Shown here in pieces: positions 57,086 to 64,000 of a stretch of DNA of 64,000 bases (position 1 is its first letter; each line of letters starts with the position of its first letter). Below the pieces are notes generated by a model. The model worked only from the letters and a program-made list of their open reading frames with translations. It was not told the DNA's origin and did not search any database. Origin of the DNA: Candidatus Bathyarchaeota archaeon. GTDB lineage: Archaea > Thermoproteota > Bathyarchaeia > Bathyarchaeales > DTEX01. A program made the translations under genes and the position numbers. Location: the NCBI GenBank assembly GCA_963714275.1, contig CAVQNT010000003.1, positions 128,001 through 192,000 of the forward strand, in the 5' to 3' direction.

Positions 57086-58066
57086 ATGGAGCTTCGTAAA
57101 ATTCAGAAAACAAGGGGTGGCACATTTTTCGTCACCCTTCCCAAAGAATGGGCTGTGAAAAACGGAATTAACAAAGGAACTGTTGTATCAACTTCTATAA
57201 CGTCTGATGGCCATCTGATCATTGATCCGCAATATAATTTGGAACCTGTCCCTCAAATTATTGTTTTGAAGCCCACTCCTTATCTAAGCCGTGAAATCAT
57301 TGGAAAATACCTGCTTGGATATGACATAATACGGGTTGAAGCCAAAGACAGGATCACAACGGAACAAAGAGAAGCCATCAAAGAAACGTCAAGCCGGTTA
57401 ATCGGTCTAGAGATTATTGAGGAAGACTACACTAAAATGGTGATGCAATGTCTTTTGGAACCATCAGCTCTTCCTCCTGAAAAGGTCCTTCGTCGTGAAC
57501 ACTTAATTACGTCCGGCATGTTTAACGATGCTTTAACTGCCCTAGTTGAAGGTGATGTACAACTTGCGAAAAACGTGATAGCTAGGGACAATGAAGTTGA
57601 CCGCCTTTACTTTTTATTAGTACGAATACTTCGAACAGTTATTCAAAATCCTGGATTAAGCGAAAAACTAGAAATTCCTCCTATAGATTGTCTGGACTAC
57701 CGTTTAACTGCAAGTTTAGTAGAGTCTGTAGGAGACCTTTCTTCGCAAATTGCTGATTATGCGACTCATTTTAGTGGAAAAAGATTAGACATAGAATATT
57801 CAAAACCTTTTACAAAACTCTACAAAATTATACACGAATCTTATAATGATGCGTTAACAGCATTTCTTTCTCGTAATATTTCAACGGCTGCATCAGTTCG
57901 GAATAGAAAGACTGACATCACAGAAATGCATCACCAAGCTGATTCCATATGTAATGCTTTACCGATGGACGTTGCACAAAACATAATCTCAGTGACTTCT
58001 CTCATCAATCAAATATATGATTACAGTGTAGACATATCCGATCTTACGACACCAAAGGGGTCGTAA
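57086..58066 (+). CDS. phoU: AbrB-PhoU phosphate uptake regulator
   Basis: RKIQKTRGGTFFVTLPKEW (AbrB), YLLGYDII, RDNEVDRLYFL, ESVGD. Confidence 0.85.
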   Translation: MELRKIQKTRGGTFFVTLPKEWAVKNGINKGTVVSTSITSDGHLIIDPQYNLEPVPQIIVLKPTPYLSREIIGKYLLGYDIIRVEAKDRITTEQREAIKETSSRLIGLEIIEEDYTKMVMQCLLEPSALPPEKVLRREHLITSGMFNDALTALVEGDVQLAKNVIARDNEVDRLYFLLVRILRTVIQNPGLSEKLEIPPIDCLDYRLTASLVESVGDLSSQIADYATHFSGKRLDIEYSKPFTKLYKIIHESYNDALTAFLSRNISTAASVRNRKTDITEMHHQADSICNALPMDVAQNIISVTSLINQIYDYSVDISDLTTPKGS

Positions 58067-58178
58067 CTTTGATTTGAAGAATTAAAGGCGTTTAATGTAT
58101 ATCACATGACCTCACAGTCATCTGTATCGATATGACGCTGTTAGGGTTTCTTGATCAAAAAGGACCATGAATCTTAAC

Positions 58179-58475
58179 CTAGAAGATTTCCTTTTCACCA
58201 ATTTTTCTGTATGTTTTTCCTCTGACTTTTACTGATTGAACGGTGTCTTCTTCGGGTTCTTTCTCAACCGTTTTGCGTTTTACGGTTTCTCCGCACTTGC
58301 CGTTGGATAGCAAGCGTCTTGTCAAGCATATTGGATAGTTGCAGTTTGTTGGATCGCATTGTTCTTCGCTCCATATGCACCACGCTGCCCTTCCTCTGAA
58401 TTGTAGAGCATTTTTTCCGCATCGAAATTTCGGGCAGTTTGGAGAACATAAATTAGGGGTTTGCATGTTCAGCAC
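58179..58475 (-). CDS. Small Cys-rich hypothetical protein
   Basis: Eight Cys in the first about 60 aa; basic/acidic tail. Confidence 0.55.
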   Translation of the reverse strand: MLNMQTPNLCSPNCPKFRCGKNALQFRGRAAWCIWSEEQCDPTNCNYPICLTRRLLSNGKCGETVKRKTVEKEPEEDTVQSVKVRGKTYRKIGEKEIF

Positions 58476-58681
58476 AACCTTGGTGGATAAAACAGTTTAC
58501 GAGGTTGCATTTTTCAACCATTGAGTTTGAATATTTATAGGTGGTTATAAACTTTTCTTGTGGTTCTTCCCTAAAACATTTGTGAACTCTTCAATCATAA
58601 AACGTTATTAAAAAAAAGAAAATATGTTATAATATTTTATAATAGTAACATGACATCGTTTTAACATATAAACGGTTCATA

Positions 58682-59716
58682 GTGAGTATCTTGGGAGTCA
58701 ACCTAACACCCATAATGTTAAAAAACGATATCCAATTACGGGACCTTACAGGAAAAAAACTTGCGATCGACGCAAACAATTTCATCTACCAATTCCTTTC
58801 CGTCATCAGAACGCGTGATACGACTCCATTAACTGGTCCGGATGGAACCGTGACATCACATTTAGCAGGTATTCTTTACCGCGTCACGCACTTAATTTCC
58901 GAATATAGCATGAGTTTCGTTTTCGTTTTTGACGGTCCCCCTCCAAAGCTCAAGCAAGAGGAAATTGAGAAGAGGCGTCAGCTTCGAGAAAAGGCAACCA
59001 GGGAATGGAAGGAAGCCTTGAGGATGGGAGATTATGATAAAGCTTTTTCTAAAGCAGTAATGATGAGCCGTTTAACTGGTCCTATGGTTCAGGACGCAAA
59101 GAAGCTCTTGACATTACTTGGTATTCCCCATGTTCAGGCGCCGTCCGAGGCAGAGTCACAGGCAGCCTACATGGCGATGAAAGGCGATGTCTGGGCGTCA
59201 AGCAGCAAGGATTATGATTCGCTGCTTTTTGGTACCCCTAGGCTTGTGAGGTATCTTACGATTTACGGTAAGGAGTATCTTCCTTCCAAGGGGGTTTCGA
59301 GACCCTTAAACCCCGAATTAATTGTTTTAGACGAATTTTTAACGAAACACGGCATATCACGTAACCAATTAGTCGACATGTCAATCCTAATCGGGACAGA
59401 TTTTAACAAGGGAGTAAAGGGTATCGGTCCGAAGATAGCGTTAAAGCTCATTAAGGAATACAACAGACTCGAAAATTTTCCTAACGACATTCGATCTAGG
59501 ATTGCTGACCATTATGAGGAAGTTAGGGCGATTTTCCTGAAGCCCGAAGTAACTTCCAATTATGATACAACGACTACTTCATTGAAAGAGAACGACATCT
59601 ATACGTTCCTGTGTGACGAGAAAGGGTTTTCGAGAATACGAGTTGAAAACGCCATCAACAGAATTAAAGAATCATTTGAAAATGTGGAACAGCTCAATTT
59701 AGGTAAATGGCTGTAA
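58682..59716 (+). CDS. fen: Flap endonuclease 1
   Basis: AIDANN..YQFL, VFDG, QAPSEAESQ, SKDYDSLLFG, GTDFN.GVKGIGPK; PIP box QLNLGKWL. Confidence 0.95.
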   Translation: MSILGVNLTPIMLKNDIQLRDLTGKKLAIDANNFIYQFLSVIRTRDTTPLTGPDGTVTSHLAGILYRVTHLISEYSMSFVFVFDGPPPKLKQEEIEKRRQLREKATREWKEALRMGDYDKAFSKAVMMSRLTGPMVQDAKKLLTLLGIPHVQAPSEAESQAAYMAMKGDVWASSSKDYDSLLFGTPRLVRYLTIYGKEYLPSKGVSRPLNPELIVLDEFLTKHGISRNQLVDMSILIGTDFNKGVKGIGPKIALKLIKEYNRLENFPNDIRSRIADHYEEVRAIFLKPEVTSNYDTTTTSLKENDIYTFLCDEKGFSRIRVENAINRIKESFENVEQLNLGKWL

Positions 59717-59757
59717 AATTCGTATTGAAATTTTGTATAAGTCTTAGCTTATCAGTA

Positions 59758-60048
59758 TTAAACAATGGTTAGTTTGCCGTATCTTCCCACGTTAAGTTGG
59801 ATTTCGCCTCGGAACGATTTTATGTAGCCATTTTCGATTTTGACAGTGTCACTTACGTTTACTTGCCCGATCTGTTCGTTCCATAGTACGAGCTTTATTG
59901 TTCCGCTGTCATCCTTAATGGTTGCTTCAGCCACTTTGTAGGTTTCACCGGTAAACTTGGAACTTACTTCTCGAGGTTCAGAAACTTCTATTACCTGTGC
60001 TTCTACATCTATCCTTCTTAAGCCGTCTCTTAACTCAGCGATTTTCAC
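59758..60048 (-). CDS. ssb: Single-OB-fold single-stranded DNA-binding protein
   Basis: KIAELR, DDSGTIKLVLWNE, IENGY, LNVGRYG. Confidence 0.85.
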   Translation of the reverse strand: MKIAELRDGLRRIDVEAQVIEVSEPREVSSKFTGETYKVAEATIKDDSGTIKLVLWNEQIGQVNVSDTVKIENGYIKSFRGEIQLNVGRYGKLTIV

Positions 60049-60267
60049 GTTTTTTCCTCCTGTTTGTTTTTTAGTTACAAAATTCTTTCAGAACACACAA
60101 TTAAAGCCATGATATTATTTTTGTTTGTTTTGGACATTAGTAATGCTTGGAAGTCGAATGTTTGATATAAGTTTTATCATTGAGTTAAAAAAAACAGTAA
60201 AAAGATATAGATTAAGGAACGAGATAAAGACTGAGTTGAGTGTGGAATTGTTACGTGTGACGAATAG

Positions 60268-61689
60268 GTGAATGTAATGGAACATGTTAGAATTCTTGTT
60301 GTTTCATATGGCTCTAGAGCTGCTTCCATGGTAGACGCCCTATGTCGAAGCCAAGAGTACATCACTGAACTGTATATTGTTGACAAACAAAAAAATCCAT
60401 TCAACCTAAAAAGGGCTAAAGAACATGTTGTCGCCCCTTCGCTTTCTCCAAATGAGATATGCAAGTTTGCTAAGAAATTTCGTGAAAAAATTGATTTCGG
60501 AATCGTAGGTCCAGAAAAACCCATCATTGCGGGTGTTAGAGATATCGTTGAAAAAGAAGCAGGCATACCGTTGATTTGTCCAACCCAGAAATATGCCATT
60601 GAAGGAAGTAAGGTTACACAGAGAAGACTGTTTCAAGACATCATCCCGGAAGTTAATCCCCAGTTCAAGGTCTTCGATCCAAAGGATTACCACAACCTAG
60701 ACGAGGTGAAAAAGCCGCTTTTCAAATGGATAGATGAACTAGAGAACCAAGTTGCCATAAAACCAGATACGCCAGTGGCTGGTAAAGGGGTTGGAGTTTG
60801 GGGTGACCACTTCAATACCCGTGACCAATTATGGGAACATTTCATGTTAAATTTTAGCCAAGGCTCAGTTATTGTTGAAGAAAAAATAGAAGGGGAAGAG
60901 TCAAGTTTTCAAGCCTTCTGCGACGGAAAACATCTTATTCCTCTGCCTGAAACTCGAGACCACAAACGCGCATTCGATGGTGATGCTGGACCGAATACGG
61001 GCGGGATGGGATCATACAAAGGCCAAAGTAACTTCTTACCGTTTATGAGTCACGGCGACTGGGATAAAGAAGTCAAGATTGTCAATAAAATCTTTAACAA
61101 GTTAAGGGGTAACAGTAACAATCCCGGTTTACGTGGCATACCGTTCTATGTGGCTTTCATACACACACGGAAAGGACCCATGATTCTTGAAAATAATAGC
61201 AGAGCCGGAGATCCCGAAATTATGAACATTCTGCCTATTCTGAAGGATGATTTTGTCGAAGTTTGTTTTAAGATGATTGAAGGGTCCTTAATAAAAGTCG
61301 AAGTCGAGAAAAAAGCGACAGTGACAACATACAAGGTTCCTCCAGAGTATGGCGGATATGCGGATGTGTTCCCCGATAAAGTCAACAAAACCGACATCGG
61401 GACGCCTGTTGTCCTAGGCGATGCGGAAAAATTAGTGTCAAAGCAAGGCGACATAATGCGAATTTATCCTGGATCATTGGAGATCAGGGACGATGGACAA
61501 TGTTATGCGTTAGGGTCACGAACGGTCTGCTGCGTCGGTGTCGGAGAAAATATTCAATCAGCACGCGAAATTTCTCTCAAAGGAATAGCAGCCATCAAAG
61601 GGGGAGCTCTTTGGAACCGAACAGACATAGCTTCTCCGCAGCATATAGGCAAGAGCATAAAACACATGCAAAATTTGAGGAAGCCTTAA
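60268..61689 (+). CDS. purD: Phosphoribosylamine-glycine ligase-like ATP-grasp enzyme (divergent PurD)
   Basis: VGPEKP, AGKGV, EEKIEGEE, DHKRAFDGDAGPNTGGMGSY, NSRAGDPE; N-terminal GGREHA motif replaced by YGSRAAS. Confidence 0.8.
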   Translation: MNVMEHVRILVVSYGSRAASMVDALCRSQEYITELYIVDKQKNPFNLKRAKEHVVAPSLSPNEICKFAKKFREKIDFGIVGPEKPIIAGVRDIVEKEAGIPLICPTQKYAIEGSKVTQRRLFQDIIPEVNPQFKVFDPKDYHNLDEVKKPLFKWIDELENQVAIKPDTPVAGKGVGVWGDHFNTRDQLWEHFMLNFSQGSVIVEEKIEGEESSFQAFCDGKHLIPLPETRDHKRAFDGDAGPNTGGMGSYKGQSNFLPFMSHGDWDKEVKIVNKIFNKLRGNSNNPGLRGIPFYVAFIHTRKGPMILENNSRAGDPEIMNILPILKDDFVEVCFKMIEGSLIKVEVEKKATVTTYKVPPEYGGYADVFPDKVNKTDIGTPVVLGDAEKLVSKQGDIMRIYPGSLEIRDDGQCYALGSRTVCCVGVGENIQSAREISLKGIAAIKGGALWNRTDIASPQHIGKSIKHMQNLRKP

Positions 61690-62777
61690 TGAAAAAAGGG
61701 CCAAGAGTTTTTGTTACTGATTGCGAAGGCCCTATTTCAAAAAATGACAACGCGTTCGAGCTGATGAGCCGCATCGTTCCAAACGGCAATCGCCTTTTTC
61801 CGCTGATCAGCCGTTACGACGACGTTCTCGCTGACATTGTAAAGAAACCTGGTTACAAGGCTGGAGACACGTTAAAGCTTATTCTTCCATTTCTGAAGGC
61901 TTATGGAGCCACAAACAAATTGTTTAAGGATTACTCTTCGCAGAATGTTTTGCTGGTTCCGGGAGCCGGCGAAACCTTAAGATTCGTTAATAGCTTCATG
62001 CCCTCATACATTGTAAGCACTAGCTACGAGCATTACCTTTTTTCGTTGTGTGACATCATTGGGTTTCCTAAAGAAAACGTGTATTGCACCAAGCTAGACA
62101 TTGACAAATACCAACTTCCTGAAGGCGAAATCACAAAGATAAAAACAATTACCGAAGAACTCTCAACGATGCCCATGATTGAGATGCCTAACAGCGCTGT
62201 TTCTTTAGGTAGTTTTCCTAAAGAATCTCAAGATTCTATCGCAAGACTTGACGAATTATTTTGGCAGGAACTAATCGGCACGCAAGCAGGAAAAATGATT
62301 AAAGAGGTTAATCCAGTAGGTGGCTACGAGAAAGCAAATGCGATTAAAAACATTACCAAGAAAACCAATGCTGACCTTTCGGACGTAATCTATGTAGGTG
62401 ACAGCATAACCGATGTTGACCCTTTCCGACTTGTTAGAAACGCTGGTGGCTTAACTGTTTCTTTTAATGGCAACCGCTACGCTGTTAGAGAGGCTGAAAT
62501 CGCTGTGATGTCGCATCACACTTACATCACAACTATTCTGGCTGAGGTCTTCAATCGGTTCGGAAAACAGAAAGTGTTCGACTTAACCGAGAACTGGTCA
62601 CTGGATTATATAAAATCGTTCTGTAGCCTTTCCCTATTCAGTATGCTTAAGAGGGTTGTTTTAGAAAAGCCCGTTAGAATCGAAAAAATAACGTCAAGCA
62701 ATATGGAGAAGCTCGCATCAGAGAGCAGCGACTTCAGAAAGATGGTCAGAGGGAAAGCCACGGGAAAACTTGGTTAA
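61689..62777 (+). CDS. HAD-superfamily protein of EhaR type
   Basis: TDCEGPISKNDNAFEL, AGDTLKLILPFL, IVSTSY, YVGDSITD, SFNGNRYA; ATG overlaps the purD stop. Confidence 0.75.
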   Translation: MKKGPRVFVTDCEGPISKNDNAFELMSRIVPNGNRLFPLISRYDDVLADIVKKPGYKAGDTLKLILPFLKAYGATNKLFKDYSSQNVLLVPGAGETLRFVNSFMPSYIVSTSYEHYLFSLCDIIGFPKENVYCTKLDIDKYQLPEGEITKIKTITEELSTMPMIEMPNSAVSLGSFPKESQDSIARLDELFWQELIGTQAGKMIKEVNPVGGYEKANAIKNITKKTNADLSDVIYVGDSITDVDPFRLVRNAGGLTVSFNGNRYAVREAEIAVMSHHTYITTILAEVFNRFGKQKVFDLTENWSLDYIKSFCSLSLFSMLKRVVLEKPVRIEKITSSNMEKLASESSDFRKMVRGKATGKLG

Positions 62778-62902
62778 AGACTAATGTGACCAAATCAGAA
62801 CGCTTCATCATTGTGGAATTTCGGGTTCTTTTTTAAAATAATAATCCATTAATCATCATGCATTTATCCACTGTAACTTAATATGATTGTATGTTGCGGT
62901 AG

Positions 62903-63817
62903 GTGGGATTTGTGATGGTAGAGGTTGAGGACACTTATGCTGAGGCTTTTGAAGGTTTGTATTTCAGAATTCTCGTTACTGCTGACGATAAGGCTACGGT
63001 TAGGAGAGCTGCAGAAGACGCTACTGCAACACCCTCAATAGTTATTGGAAGAGTCGAAGGCGGAATCGAGAAAAACGTCGACAAGGAAAACACACCTGAT
63101 AAACGTTGGGGCGCAATCCTGCAGTTCTGGAGCGCCATTGACGAGAAAAAACCGTTAAATGAGGTAATTGAAAAGTTCTACAAGGAATTCTCATATCGGA
63201 TACGTCAAGACATACTTGTCAAGCCCTTTACGTCAGTCTTCGACGCTTGTCAAGACCAAATTGGCAAAATAGACGCGATGGACCGTATAGGACACTGTGG
63301 AGATGGCTACGAATGGACAGAAAAGTTCCTTGACAAAGAAATGATAACGGTGCCTATCATGGTTCCAGACTTTCGCATTGAACGTTACCTTGGCTACGGA
63401 AGGGGGGTTATAGGTGGCAACTTCTGGTACATGTGTTCAACCAAAAAGGCTGTAATGAAAGCAGGAAATAGGGCTCTTAGAGCAATCAGTACGGTTGAAG
63501 GCGCTATCGCACCATTCGGAATATGCTCTGCTGGGTCAAAAGCTGAAACCATTTTTCCTAAAATTGGACCAACCACAAATCATCCCTATTGTCCCTCGCT
63601 TAAGAGGAATCTCGGAACATTGTCGAAGGTTCCAAAGGAGGTAGGGTTCATCCCAGAAATCGTCATCAATGGTATAACTTTGTCTGTGGTAAAAAAGGCA
63701 ATGAAAGTCGGAATAGAGGCTGCGTCAAGTGTTGAAGGGGTAATGAATATTTCCGCAGGCAATTATGGGGAAAAACTTGGTAAATACAGGATCAACTTAA
63801 AGGAGTTGCTCCGTTGA
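62903..63817 (+). CDS. Formylmethanofuran:H4MPT formyltransferase-like protein (divergent, EhaS-type)
   Basis: VEDTYAEAF, TPD, GDGYE, GGNF, AGSK, EIVING, ISAGNYG; divergent segments RIRQDILVKPFT and GPTTNHPYCPSL. Confidence 0.8.
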   Translation: MGFVMVEVEDTYAEAFEGLYFRILVTADDKATVRRAAEDATATPSIVIGRVEGGIEKNVDKENTPDKRWGAILQFWSAIDEKKPLNEVIEKFYKEFSYRIRQDILVKPFTSVFDACQDQIGKIDAMDRIGHCGDGYEWTEKFLDKEMITVPIMVPDFRIERYLGYGRGVIGGNFWYMCSTKKAVMKAGNRALRAISTVEGAIAPFGICSAGSKAETIFPKIGPTTNHPYCPSLKRNLGTLSKVPKEVGFIPEIVINGITLSVVKKAMKVGIEAASSVEGVMNISAGNYGEKLGKYRINLKELLR

Positions 63818-64000
63818 CGTTTGATGTTGTCTGCTTTGGCGCCCTAAATGTTGATAAGCTTTACAAGGTCAACCGTATAGCCAAAGCTGAAGAAGAAAGC
63901 GAAATTCAGGAATTCGTTGAGTCGCCAGGCGGCTCTGCTGCAAACACCGCTGTTGGATTGGCAAGGCTTGGCGTAAGAACCGGTTACATCGGGAAGGTTG
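63814..64000 (+). CDS. PfkB/ribokinase-family kinase (3'-truncated; not in the ORF track)
   Basis: TTG start overlapping the upstream TGA; FDVVCFGALNVD...SPGGSAANTAVGLARLGVRTGYIGKV. Confidence 0.85.
   Translation, partial: MTFDVVCFGALNVDKLYKVNRIAKAEEESEIQEFVESPGGSAANTAVGLARLGVRTGYIGKV

Noticed and set aside
61500-61688. N-terminal extension of the 425-aa HAD ORF
   Set aside because: Overlaps purD; the ATG at 61689 coupled to the purD stop is the likelier start
62903-63817. Evidence of methanogenesis from the Ftr-like gene
   Set aside because: The protein is divergent, and no fwd, mch, mtd or mcr genes are in the window

Overview
Archaeal chromosome segment, most consistent with a TACK lineage such as Bathyarchaeia (inferred from Elf1, single-OB SSB, GGGP synthase, Orc1/Cdc6, Fen1, an Ftr-family protein and an intron-containing tRNA). 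It has three zones. (1) 1-10.6 kb: KamA, two Ddl-like ATP-grasp ligases, GNAT, valS, pyrH and a tRNA-Leu(CAA) with two non-canonical BHB-type introns. (2) About 10.7-50 kb: an accessory carbohydrate region with two GH38 mannosidases, a GH148-like glycanase, two alkaline-phosphatase-superfamily enzymes, uxuA, kdgK, MFS, CbiZ and a B12 radical SAM. It holds two paralogous three-gene membrane modules, each a giant degenerate-M28/FtsX-like protein plus two OPT/DUF6785-like polytopic proteins, with no ATPase. Many genes here are frameshifted. (3) 50-64 kb: core genes, a probable replication origin (ORB-like boxes upstream of cdc6), and a purD-like/ehaR/ehaS/ehaT-like operon. The origin is flanked by three HTH genes, one membrane-anchored, and by clustered ATCAC/GTGAT repeats including a 12-bp phased array. 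The best candidates for undescribed systems are the origin-adjacent repeat-array plus HTH locus, the ATPase-less M28-FtsX/OPT-like module, and the purD-like/ehaRST-like operon. All family assignments come from reading motifs; no searches were run.
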